Positions 23,447 through 35,419 of a DNA stretch of 64,000 bases are shown here, in pieces. How positions within the stretch are numbered: the stretch's first letter is position 1; the number at the start of each line of letters is the position of its first letter. The stretch comes from Tubulanus polymorphus. Its lineage: Eukaryota; Animalia; Nemertea. Location: positions 5,727,950-5,791,949 of the forward strand of contig NC_134026.1 in assembly GCF_964204645.1 (NCBI RefSeq). Reading direction: 5' to 3'. The translations under genes and the position numbers were made by a program. The notes under the pieces are model-generated. The model saw nothing but the letters and a program-made list of their open reading frames with translations, did not search any database and had not been told where the DNA came from.

Positions 23447-26400
23447 CACAACTACACCAAGATCCCAACGGGAAAGGCAGAAGATTGACCACTTTGGTAA
23501 ACGACAACGAAACTATCGTACAGTTGCCGCTTCAGTGTGAACGCGAGCGAAGTATATTTAGGGTTTGCATGACGCGGGAATTGGAGACATTTCACCAGAA
23601 ATAACTGCTGTAATTGGGCTTTGATGATAGGCACACATTACCGAACGTGATTCGATGTACATCGATCTGGTGATTACACGACCTCACTGATGTCTCTATG
23701 TCATCAATGTAACTGGTTTACGCCTATCTTGGCTATGTCATCGTCGTTGTCGTCTTCGAATCGAAGAAGGAGTTCCATGTGTAATCCTCTCGAGGAGCAA
23801 ACCGACGGCATATAAAGACAGATCGATCAGCGAAATCGAAGTCTTCTGCCGAAATCGATTGATTATGCGCGTTTAAACATTCTTAGCTGTCACGTACTGG
23901 CAGTTTAATCCCCGACAAATCCCCGACCACTCGGCTTTTAATGCGATGTTAAATTACTTTCTGATCTAAAGTCTGTTCCTGTCACCTCCATCGACATCGA
24001 TACCGCCTGTGACAATATTAGCTTCTCTCTAAACAAACGCTCCCATCTGTGAGATCGATTTTGTTCATGCTGGCAAAAAAAAAACTTTTGGTCTTTGATG
24101 ACGATATATCTTGGACTCATTCATGGCTCAGTGTAGATAAGATTCTTGTAGTAGACAGCTATGAGAAAAACCTTAGAACCTCTATACGGACGCGATGCTA
24201 AATGACAAGATTATAAATATCGAGATATCAAACGACGTATAAAGTATCGAAAAATCAATACTCAAACCATTTATAGAAATGCGTGCTGTCTAGTTCTCCT
24301 TCTTTGATAGAAATTTAAGATTTGCAATTTATCATATGAATGGAATTTGAGTCTGGTTGGTCTGGTTTGCCTGAGTCGGTTTGTGCCTACTCAGTTGTGA
24401 TTTTCTATTAGATGTTACTTTCCCTATGTAAACAGGTGATTCGGTCAGTAAACTGAAATCTGAAGCCAGTACGTGCAGTTTCTTTTAAATAAAGGTCGCC
24501 TTGATTAGGTGCGTTGATAGCGGTGGTTGTCACTTTCTGTCTGCGTCCGTTCAGTACTGAACTTCAAAAGATAAATACATCTCTTTGTTGTCATCGTGTT
24601 TTGATCTCGGTGGGAAATCTGAGTTCATCATCGAATTATCAACCCATAAACAAACCAGGGAGTGGAACACGTCTGGTATATTTTGGGAAGGAATATTGAT
24701 CTTGGTAAAATATATACGATATTCTGACGCAGCACATGGGATTGTTATGTAAAATGTAATTATTTTTGATGGGGGAAACGTTGTAATAATTTTTTCAGTT
24801 TTTTTATTTGGCAGCATATACAAGCCCTTGGCAAGAACGATGCAAAAGAACCTTTAAATAAACCGTTTATTGATGTCAATATTGATTATAGTGAACATTA
24901 GGGGCCTAGTTTTATTTTGATATTTGATAACGGAGGCCAATTTATATCTGGAACATCGACCAGATCTGTCAGGTATAGGCTCCCAGGTATAGGTTTCTTC
25001 CAAGAAAGGAAGCAACCGGTTTTTAACACGGGAACAATAATGAATTCACCCAGAATGAGGATCCACAATAATGTGTGCTGTCCAAATATCCCGATAACGC
25101 CATTAAATGTCGTATTGGATAGTTTGACTGATATATTGTCAGACCACCCTAACACAAGACGAAAATGATATATCTATTTCTAGCTCTTATTGACGTTGTG
25201 GCACTTCTATCGGTTTGCTATCTATTCCCAGGTGAAGAGTGTCGCTTTTACGATGTTATTGTGTTCGCCAGCAGTTTCATGACCTGTGTCAAATAAAACA
25301 CGACGTGCTCCGATTGCTCCATCATTCTGAACGGGGGAGGCGCACACCGAGATGGTCAGAAGACGGAAAGTGAGATTTCGATTTTCAGGTTAAGAGTTCA
25401 CGAAGGGTCCTTTGCAAAGTCTTTTTCAGTTTTAACACATTTCTGGGTATTTAGTTGTCAGCGTATCGGATGTAAGGGCACAGAGGGTTGCTTCTCATGA
25501 TGACTGGAGAGATAATGCGGGTGCACATCGATGGCGCTGATGCACGAAATACATATAAGCATCGTATAGAGGCACACTGCTAGCAGACATTATTAAATAC
25601 ACTCTTTGATTAGGTACATATGAGTATATAATTGGACGCTCCACTCGGGGACATGTTGCACGTTCAAATGTATTTTTCCTACATTGTTAGGCAATCCCTT
25701 GATTGACTGTGTTTTCATCGGTTCCGTTACTTAAGAATTAATAAGCGTTTATTGACGTCGTATGGCGTCGAGAGGATGTGTGCGTCGGATTACGACGAAG
25801 TCGTCTGCTAGCTAGGCAGTACATTCGGTTACAGTATAGGCGAGCATTTTATTTTGGGGACGAATAACCTGTCTACTGGATACAGAGTGACTTGTAATTC
25901 GGAGCTATACCTGTTAGGTCTCGACATCATGAGCAATGATTTAATAAAGTCATGGCTCGTAGCAAATTATTGGCAATATAAATTGAATTATCCCAGCCCG
26001 GTTGCCTCGGCTGCTGTTGCTGCTGAAACTGTACATGCAGACGTGTATAACTTCACTCGCGCGCTACAAGATCGCGTAAAAGTATTCTGTGCGGATACTC
26101 GGTGATATTTTTAGGGTCCCTGAACTTACGAGCAAGTCTTCTTCAGGTTATTTAACATAAATGTATATGTATAAACAAATAACTGAATCATTCTGTGAAA
26201 CTGTTAGATATTGATGAAAATTTTTCAGGATATAAATGCTATGACATGACGCGGTTTTGTGCAGTTTCTGATGCGTATTCACCAGCTGCAATCACACCAG
26301 GGGTTTGATGTATTCTTAGATTGGTGATTATCCCGTATTCGTGATTGTCACAGTTAAGGATGCCGATAGCCATCCTCACCAGGTGACGAACCCGTAATTG

Positions 26401-27457
26401 TCACAGTGCCCGCTTCCAGAGTGGCTAAGCACCGATCCATTAAGGGACTCGACTGAGAGCAAGACCAACGTCGTGTGTATGGTGTGCGAAACCGTATCAG
26501 GACAAAATATCTTCTGCTGATGGACATAATTCAGATTATTTTCAAACAGTCAACTTATTTTATCTATAAATCGTATGCATATGTTCTTAAAATTTCTAGG
26601 AGATCATTGTATGTTGTTAGGAAAAATGCTACAATTTATCAATCAATGGTCAAATGTCAAAAGGCTACTGAGTCTAAATCATTCGCCCCTTCTCATGTGG
26701 ATGTATATACTAGTACTCCTATACGTCGTGTACGTGTTCAGAGTAGGAAATGAGTAAAGGGGGTGTGATTGAACATTATGACAGACGACAATGTGATACG
26801 TACATATGGTTTGGCGAATTATCCCTCATATACAGAGGGAAGGCGTGTCATTAGCATAAGGCAGATAAACCTTAGAAAAAATTGTGTAATTAACTTTTTC
26901 TCTTTCGGTCGTATCAACATTTCCTTCTCTGATATCGAGTAGTCGAAAGCCCAAACAAGCGCAAAGAAACATCACTAGAGACTAGCTGGAGATCTCGGAA
27001 ATTTAATTTACGGTAACCGGTACGGAAACCTTACTTCGCAGCTTAGTGACATGATATGACAGTTTGTAATTACTTTAACCCACTCGTTCCCTAATGTTGG
27101 CTAATATTGGTAGTTCGTTGAATCCATAAACAACAGACGCTGGTAATCACGTCAATCGTACAGAAAAATGTCTGCCTTTTCGTTTGCTTTGCACAAACAT
27201 ATCTTTTTCTTACATGTTCTGTACATTACCATTACATTACTTAAGTTCATGTAACTTATACCTTGGAGTAATCACTTGACAAAATGATTACTCCAAGCTT
27301 ATACCGATGACATGTCATTTCATTACATGTATTTCATTACAATCCGAAGTTCTGAAACCCAGCCCGCATTAGGCTTTTCGTAGTCATCAAAAAGATAAGT
27401 AATAATATGAATAGAAAATCTTTTAGACGGCTACAAATTGAATTGTTGTTTCGGTAA

Positions 27458-27698
27458 CCAGGGCCAACTTCGGTTTTCTGAGTTAGTCGACTATAGTCGA
27501 ACTAAACGAAACCAAAATGTCCGTTAGTCGGAACTATGGTCCGGAAATGGTCGACCACGTGATTGTGCACGGTCGCTGTATTTCCGACCTACTTCGAAGA
27601 TGGCCGACACTGTGAAATACATTACGACCGAACTGTAGCGTACGGTTATTAGTTCTGACCACTAGTCGACTAGCTATGAAAACCGAAGTTCGCCCAGG
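27458..27698. mobile_element. MITE family B, copy 2 (inverted relative to 20398-20636)
   Basis: TIRs CCAGGGCCAACTTCGGTTTTC / GAAAACCGAAGTTCGCCCAGG; internal GGAACTATGGTCC and GGTCGACCACGTGATT match copy 1 in reverse complement. Confidence 0.8.
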
Positions 27699-27829
27699 CT
27701 TACTATGGTTCTTCTCAGGATAGTTAAATCCAAGTTTTTTGTATCTCAATATTCTTACAAATGACTTTGGCTCATTGGATTATTCTTATTATTTCAGGTA
27801 CAATGTGACGTGAGTTTATCGAAGCTAAG

Positions 27830-28474
27830 ATGGCAACCACGGCGCATTTGACGTTGGATTCGGAAATGCAGCACGTGAAATTGGTCGTATTGGGAGCGCA
27901 AGCTGTCGGTAAAACCTCCGTTATTCGACAGTTCGTCTTCAACGAATTCTCCGACGAGTACGTCCCGACAGTGGAGAAATGTACACACTATCCGGCCGCC
28001 ATTATAAACGATCATCTTTACGAAGTAAAGATCATCGACTGTCCCGTGATTCCATATTTTCCGATGAGTTCTCTGTACGAGTGGACCGAGTTCAGGGGTT
28101 ACGGGCTGCGTAACGCCACCGCCTATATCCTAGTTTACGACGTCTCGTCAGACGAGAGCTTCCACTACATCCGTTCAATACGGGAGCAAATCATCGAAAG
28201 TCGCAACATGCACGACGTTCCGATCATAGTCGTAGGCAATAAACAAGACTTGGGCAACAGCGATGGCCGCGGGGTAACTCGCCGCGAGGTGGCGAACATG
28301 GTAAAAAAACAATGGAAGTGCGGATACATCGAGTGTTCGGCGAAATTCAACTGGCACATAGTAATGATATTCAAGGAACTTATGAAAACAATCGACTATA
28401 TAGATTACGGCCATAAACCTACCTCAGTTCGGGTGCAGGACGCTCTACGAAGAAATCGTTGCGTGATTTTATGA
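27830..28474 (+). CDS. RASL10B: Ras-like protein family member 10B-like small GTPase, 214 aa, single coding exon
   Basis: G1 GAQAVGKT, RASL10-type G3 region IIDCPVIPYFPMSSLYEW, G4 NKQD, G5 ECSAK, KQWKCGYIECSAKFNWHI and C-terminal ALRRNRCVIL (CaaX), all matching recalled RASL10B sequence. Splice acceptor TTTCAG ending 27797 implies upstream UTR exon(s). Confidence 0.93.
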   Translation: MATTAHLTLDSEMQHVKLVVLGAQAVGKTSVIRQFVFNEFSDEYVPTVEKCTHYPAAIINDHLYEVKIIDCPVIPYFPMSSLYEWTEFRGYGLRNATAYILVYDVSSDESFHYIRSIREQIIESRNMHDVPIIVVGNKQDLGNSDGRGVTRREVANMVKKQWKCGYIECSAKFNWHIVMIFKELMKTIDYIDYGHKPTSVRVQDALRRNRCVIL

Positions 28475-31400
28475 TAATAATGCTCAAGTATTTTTGATAA
28501 AAATGGTACATATAGCAAATCACTTAAGATGTATAGTGTAGTAGTAAAATCCTTCGAGCAATAACCCTTTCATAACGCTCCAATCCCGTATTGAAAATGA
28601 TATTGAAAGAATGATAAAGCTTAGCTTTATCAGAATCATCATTTTAATCACTACAATAACCGTTTAGATTTTGATTGTGTTATGTATTGTGTAAACTCGT
28701 TAAGGCTAAGAAGAGGTCTATATGGAAAAAGAATACTCTAGAAAAACTGCCAACATAGCTATGCTAATCCAGGGAGATACACACTAGATCGTCAGAAGGT
28801 TGTAGCAAAGCAGTTCGTAGCTAGGGGTTCGGTCGGTGATCTGTGTGCATTTTTGGCCAGCCAACATAGCTATGCTAATCTAGATTTCTACGAATTGATA
28901 ATTTCCGTACAACGGAGTTGTTTACGTTAGACAGTGAATTCATGTAAGTGTCGGTGTGCGCGCGTATATATACAAAGATAAAGAAAATCCGTCACGAAAT
29001 ACTGCCGAAACAAAAACCAAGTTCCAATGGGAATACCTGTTTACCGTTAGAATGTCGAATGACGATTTGGCAAAGACTTAAATCTAAGCAATTAATAATC
29101 CATTCATATTCATCCATTCCACCACGGGTGAAATCATTTTAAATGCGAATTCATTTTTGTCCCATCCTTCCAAGAAATCGCGATATGTGTTTGCCGTGTT
29201 GTTTTGCTAGATTTTTGCAAAAATAGATATGCATTGAGCAATTAATTTGACTTCCACGGAAATGATATTCGACTTCATTGTTCGACCTATCGTAGAAAAT
29301 AATGGAACTAATTCTCCAGATTGATTTTTCTCTAACATTACATTTGCCAGTAGGGGTTTAGATTCTATAAAACACAAATAAACCAGTCATTAAGAAGCGT
29401 AGAATATAGGTTTCGAAGAGACTTTTTTCGTAATTTTGTATGCAAATAAGCAAGTAATACGTAAGTAGATTGTTTCGTTCGGTAATCAGTGGTAACCAAG
29501 ACCTCATTTAGCTGTAAATCGAAAACATTCATTATCCGTCGTTAACCGGTGTCAGTAAATACGCGCAATCATTTTCGCATTTCCTTTCAGAAAAATTCCC
29601 AGCGGAGCCAGTTTTACTCACACATGTAATATTTCATTCAAAATTGCAACTCCGTGACGGGTTTATAGGCTGAAATTGTAAAGAGATGCTGGTTGATGGT
29701 ATCTCGTTGATTTCTTTTTGCCGGATAAGTGTTTTTCAGCGAAATCAACGTTTTTATGTATGGCCTGTTCGCCTTAAGTTTGATTTATTCGATTGTGGAT
29801 TGTCAGCTCAGAAATTACAATGAAGCCGGTGATAAGCCACTTGTAAAAACCACTATTGAAATTATGTGATGTAGAAATTCTCTGTACACAAAAATAACCA
29901 GAGACCTATACACCAGTGCAATTTGTTTTTGCCTTTCATCTTTTAGTTCAGATTTGTATTCTGTGAGTGTTTCGAGTTTGATTAACTCAGTGTTTTTAGG
30001 TAAATGCAGTATTATAGACCTATTAGTAGACTAGTGCACAGCTGGATTGTACATGTATATATGTATATTTTATAGAATACGTATGGCTTTTTTTCTGTCT
30101 TAATTGATTAGATTTACAGAGACAATCACTATTTAAAGCAATTAAAACACGAAAATTCGTTGCATTATTAAACTACGTATTTGTGTGCATTAGAAAGCTG
30201 CGCTTAAACGATTGAATGCTTATGTCAGAAGAGATCTGTCCAGTAATATTAGGTTTCATCAGAAATCAATAAAGGTTATAGTGTGTGTTTTTTTTTGTTA
30301 CGTTCACATTGAGAACAAGAACAATGATTGTACTACCAAATTCACGACGTTCTTCTTTGTACAAACTAACTCAAAGGGTTTCATGAATCCAATGGTAAAT
30401 CATGATGATGTCGAATCGTAGTGTTCCATCGATTTGATGTATATTGATATCGGAGAACGTTTTGTGTGGCATCATCATTAATTCATACAAAACATTCATC
30501 GATTATTGTTGTCATATTTTGCCAAAGAATATAGAAAATTTTCATTAAAATATCCAAGCAGTCAGCGTTATCAATTTGCGAATGGAAATCGACATATCTA
30601 CGGCAGAGCATCCTGACGACTATATTCATCTTTTATTCCAGAAACATAACTATTCTCGTAGATATCAAATTTCTGCTTGAAAAAATCACACAGAAATAAT
30701 ATATGCTTATACTTATCATTTCTCCCGACCGCGGCCATTTATCTGTGTTGAAAAATCACTTTAAGTTCATCGTGTTTCTGAAATTACTCTTCTTTTTGTA
30801 TTGAAAGAGTTACTACGTTTTCTGGGAAGTACAAACAAGGCGAATATATTGTTTTACTGCATAAATCGACGTTCAGATTTTAGTACAGAGAAGCCAGAGC
30901 CTTCCTCGTTTTTTCGTATTCAAATACATCATCGTAGACTTTTCGATTCTGCTTGATGCCAATCTAACATTCGATTCGAACCTTTCAATAAATTGTAAAG
31001 AAATAATAGTCGTAGAAAATTCTAATGCGCTATTTGATACGGCGCACGCCACGTAGATTCAATCCATATTTTTTCTCATTCAAGCATGTTTTTTTTTTCG
31101 ATAATGCTCCGATCAATCTTGTTGCGTTGTTCTCTCCCTTTTTGTTCGTATCTCTGCGCCCAGCATCGCATTTTAAAATTCAAATTTATTCATCACCGAC
31201 ATCGTCAATAAAAATCGTACAAGAGGCGTAGATGAAATGGATAGAATAGCTTGCAGAATATACATGTATGTATATACACATAAATCGAATCGAGGATTGA
31301 ATCAAAGCTGATTTCCATTTTGCGCCAGTTACCGTATTTTACCGATTCAGATTACAAAGAAATTTTCATTAATATTCTTCTCCGTTATAGATTACCAGAT

Positions 31401-32889
31401 GAGGATCAGATCTTACGAAGAGACAACGGTTTACAACGAAGCCCGGTTCGTTGTATGAAGCGTCTGGGTCCTCAATCAATTTTGATAACTTGTTCTGCTA
31501 CAAAATTAATTAATGAATTCAGTCTAGAAACAGACAAACTGAAAAATCTGTGACACTATTTATTGGATATTTTACATTTGGGAGAGCTAGTAAGTGCACT
31601 AGTTTGAACGTCACAATTTGAATTAATTTCCCCGTTCTGCAACCATAGAGCCATAAAACTAGACTTAATGGGTCCAATGTGCATCGGGGTTAATTTCGAA
31701 ACAGATAGACGCGAATAATTGCTTTTATGCAATTCAACTATGACTTGATCGTTCGGGGAGTTTGGGCTATTACAAAAAATCAATTGGCATGGCGGAGATT
31801 AACTGATTACGAAATTTGTTTCGATACTGGATAAATAGGTTTGGGTAATTCAATGATTAACTATGGATTTTTGCTTTCTTTCGCATGATCCTTTTCAGAT
31901 CTGTTCGGCGTTCACTAACGGGTTATACCGGGCGGTCATCGATGAATATTCTAAACCACAATCATTAGACTCCACTCTTCTTCCAAAGGAAAATGAGATT
32001 GATTGGTTTTCTGTTCGTAAGGAAATAATTGGAACAGCACGACGACGAGTCGCGGTGTGACGCAGTGTGCGAGCGGGTCACTGTGTGGGTTTACAAGTGA
32101 ACATGATCTGAACGTAAATTAAGCGCCGCGAATTCAACATGAACTACCAATTAGCGTGGAGACTGAGTGACACTGGAAACTAAGTATACCTTGTCCATGA
32201 CCACCGTTGACAGTCATCAGCTATTTATACATGTTACGTCGCCCTAATTCGGTTAAGCCAGGAGCGTGGAAGAGAGCGAGAGAGAGAGGGAGAGGGGGAG
32301 GGAGGAGGGGGAGAAGCTGGGCCAATAAAGGCATTATCTTTCTACGAGGAATGAGCGTTGAAGATTATATAACATACAGGCTTATCTTCTCGTGCAGCCA
32401 TAAGATATCATTCATTTCGAAGTAGGGACCTGTTCAATCAGAATATGTATTCCAGTTGTTTCTTTTGTCGGAATTTGCGGCTAAAACATTTATGCGCTCT
32501 TTAGAATGTAGCTTACAAGACTTTCATTGGATTAAGTTGCAAGACGACCCAGCTGAGTCAGTTTTTGCTAGATGAAACGGAGAATGAAGGATTTGCCCAT
32601 GGTGTAGATCTCAAATAGACACGCACAATTTTTAAATGTCGACTGTGTACGACGTAGTTAAAGTCATCCCTGCAGGATGAAAGAAACGACGTTATTAGAG
32701 CACAGAAAAATACTGGGAGACTATCAGCAGTGTCTAGTGAAGCATCGCGTGACATCACACCTCACGGCAGCTGCGGTTCTTAGAACGATTGAAATAACTT
32801 CATTGCACGGCACGGACATAGTAGCTGATTGCAGACCTGTGTTATGTAATACTAGCGATAACGAGGAAACGAATATACTATATAGAACG

Positions 32890-33175
32890 AGAAAAATAAC
32901 TTGTAAGTTTATTGACGCCTTGAAAAATAACACATATAGTAATATTGTCGATAGTAAATGATTTGATATAGATATCATAATATCGAATATCAATCAAGTT
33001 ATTTTGAATTTGAATATTTCGATTGAATTATCAAATTGATTTGAAATGATCGGCAACCAGTCTAGCCACGACATATTGATGACGTAGTGCGCATCCTCTT
33101 AAAGATCAATCTCCAGAGAGACATGAAAATTAATTGAATTGAAAATAAGAGTCATGGAAAATAACTACAAAATAC
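32890..33175 (+). repeat. Dispersed repeat family A, copy 3
   Basis: AAGTTTATTGACGCCTTGAAAAATAA, CGGCAACCAGTCTAGCC, ATATTGATGACGTAGTGC. Confidence 0.75.
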
Positions 33176-33179
33176 ACAA

Positions 33180-33231
33180 ACACGCACGCACGCACGCATG
33201 AACGCACGCACGCACGCACGCACGCATGCAC
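33180..33231. repeat. (GCAC)n microsatellite
   Basis: CACGCACGCACGCACGCATGAACGCACGCACGCACGCACG... Confidence 0.85.
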
Positions 33232-33300
33232 TCTCTACTATTGAATGACATAAAAAGATAAATAATACAAATCTTTGTAGTGACGCTATTCACCATGAAC

Positions 33301-33310
33301 TATATATAAA
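33301..33310 (+). promoter_or_regulatory. TATA box of the ACOT gene; probable 5'UTR intron 33405..33595
   Basis: TATATATAAA, then donor GTAAGT at 33405 and acceptor TTCAG ending 33595, 28 nt before ATG 33624. Confidence 0.5.
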
Positions 33311-33623
33311 CAGCTCTTGAGGCCCGTTGTAGTGAATCGTATAATATCAGATCAATACCGAAAAAATTTACTGTGTACTGCGACTTACAGGAGACATACA
33401 TATTGTAAGTAATTGATAAATAACTGATCCATATTATAAGTAATTGCTCCATCATAGATTAGATCATGATGAATTTTTGTTTTTGTTGAAAAGATGTATT
33501 GATGTGGAGACTAATTTAGTCATTTGGAAAAGTATTAGGTGTCATCCAGAAAATAATTGAATTTATATATACATATATATAACCTTCTAATTCAGATTTC
33601 AAAGAAAGTACACAGCCCTGAAC

Positions 33624-35009
33624 ATGAATATTTCGCTACCGATGATTAGATGTTCATTGTTCCGCAAGTATTCATTTGGAAGGTGTGTCATTGAGAAGCT
33701 GTGTGTTTCGAAGATGAGCCATAATGTTATTGAAAAAGGAGTAGAATGCCATTTGCGAGTCACTCCTGATACCGATCTTATGGATACACCGCTTACAATC
33801 AAGGCCGATAATATCAAACCGCTCGAAAATGTGACGCTCTATTCGGAAATGCGCGAAGGTCGTTTTAAATTTGGCGCATACAGCTATTTCGTGACTGGAC
33901 CAGATGGGACATTAGACCTGACAAGAGATCCATCGGTAGGGGGTAGTTATGCAGGTGTCCATCCTAATGGGCTTCTCTGGGGCATGGAAGCACTACCCGG
34001 ACAAAGACCTGGCATTCGCTTGATGAAGAAGGACGCCACGACCCCTTTCGATATCAAATTAAAAATGTTCTCCGATCATGTCAAATTCGAAGATATCCTA
34101 GACAACGCGCCATGTTTGATACCTTTGGGTAGTGTCGACATAAAGCGATGGTATAAATCTGCAGAGGTTGAACGGAGAGTTATTCGCTCCGGCAGAATCA
34201 GAGGCACGTATTTCCGCCCGGTTGGAGCAGGACCATTTCCCGCGGTCGTCGACATGTTCGGTACGAACGGAGGCTGTGTCGAACACAGAGCCGCATTGTT
34301 GGCATCAAGAGGCATCGCTAGTTTAGCCTTAGCATATTTTGCTTACGACGATTTGCCTTCGGAGGTCGATCATTTGGACATGGCTTATTTTGTGGAAGCG
34401 GTCGATTGGCTTCGCGAGCAAGGGGACGTAGATTCGTGTCATGGAATCGGCGTGGTTGGTGTGTCTAAAGGAGCCGAAATTGCGTTAATGATGACAGAAG
34501 TGTGCAGCTATATCACAGCTGCTGTCGCCATAAACCCGTTCAGCCACTCTCTGGTATGGCCGACCGCGATACATGGCCACATAAGACCCAACTTTCCGAA
34601 AGACTTTCATTCCGAAGAGAAATCCGTTCGCCGATACAAAAACTTAATCTACCCCGCGTGTGATATCGACCATGAAAACCGTTCTATGATTGAAGTTGAA
34701 AAATCCGATACGGCTAAATTTTTGTTTATTCTAGGCCAGTGTGATTCGGCATGCCATCCGCAAAGCACTTACGACCTAGTGAATCGCCTACGCAAGCACG
34801 GTCGCGAAAACTACGAAGTTCTCCTCTGTCCCGGGGCTGGGCATATAATCGACCCACCTAACACCCCGTTGACTCGATATTGTTATCATAATATTTTCAA
34901 ATACGTGTTCGAGTACGGCGGAGAGAAAATGCTTCACGCCAAAGCCCAGGAGAAAGCCTGGAGCGAGATGTTGAAATTCTTAAAATCGACGCTACAACCA
35001 TCTATCTAG
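33624..35009 (+). CDS. Type-I acyl-CoA thioesterase / bile acid-CoA:amino acid N-acyltransferase family protein, 461 aa
   Basis: GGSYAGVHPNGLLW, GPFPAVVDMFG, EHRAALLASRG...LALAYF, nucleophile motif GVSKG, catalytic Asp (GQCDS) and His (GAGHIIDPP), HAKAQEKAW; uninterrupted ORF. Confidence 0.93.
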   Translation: MNISLPMIRCSLFRKYSFGRCVIEKLCVSKMSHNVIEKGVECHLRVTPDTDLMDTPLTIKADNIKPLENVTLYSEMREGRFKFGAYSYFVTGPDGTLDLTRDPSVGGSYAGVHPNGLLWGMEALPGQRPGIRLMKKDATTPFDIKLKMFSDHVKFEDILDNAPCLIPLGSVDIKRWYKSAEVERRVIRSGRIRGTYFRPVGAGPFPAVVDMFGTNGGCVEHRAALLASRGIASLALAYFAYDDLPSEVDHLDMAYFVEAVDWLREQGDVDSCHGIGVVGVSKGAEIALMMTEVCSYITAAVAINPFSHSLVWPTAIHGHIRPNFPKDFHSEEKSVRRYKNLIYPACDIDHENRSMIEVEKSDTAKFLFILGQCDSACHPQSTYDLVNRLRKHGRENYEVLLCPGAGHIIDPPNTPLTRYCYHNIFKYVFEYGGEKMLHAKAQEKAWSEMLKFLKSTLQPSI

Positions 35010-35419
35010 AGAAAGAAAAACATCTATGATCAAAGGAAAACATCTATGATCTATATTAGAATATCTCCTATAAATTAAATACATATCGCAATTTTAGAGA
35101 CTAAAACATCCTGACCAATTGATATACGATCATTGATTTTTCCAAATCTACAGTATCCATTATGGATGTAGAACTTTGAGAAAAATTTTACTAATGGTTT
35201 TAAAGTGGATGAAAAGTTCGATGCAAAACCTAATGTGTAGCTTCAGACTTCATGTGATCGGGATGGAACGACATTACCACAGTTCACATAAATGGAGGCC
35301 GGAGCTCGACTTAACACCAGAAGGTTGATGACTAAACTTCACAAAACTGCACCTGCTGATAACCTGATCAACGGAAAGCAATCGAACTCGGGGGTTGTGA
35401 TTAAAGACCACACGTCTTA

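Noticed and set aside
11545-28474. Functional link between two neighbouring CaaL proteins (ankyrin CQLL and RASL10B CVIL)
   Set aside because: Adjacency alone is not evidence of co-function in an animal genome.
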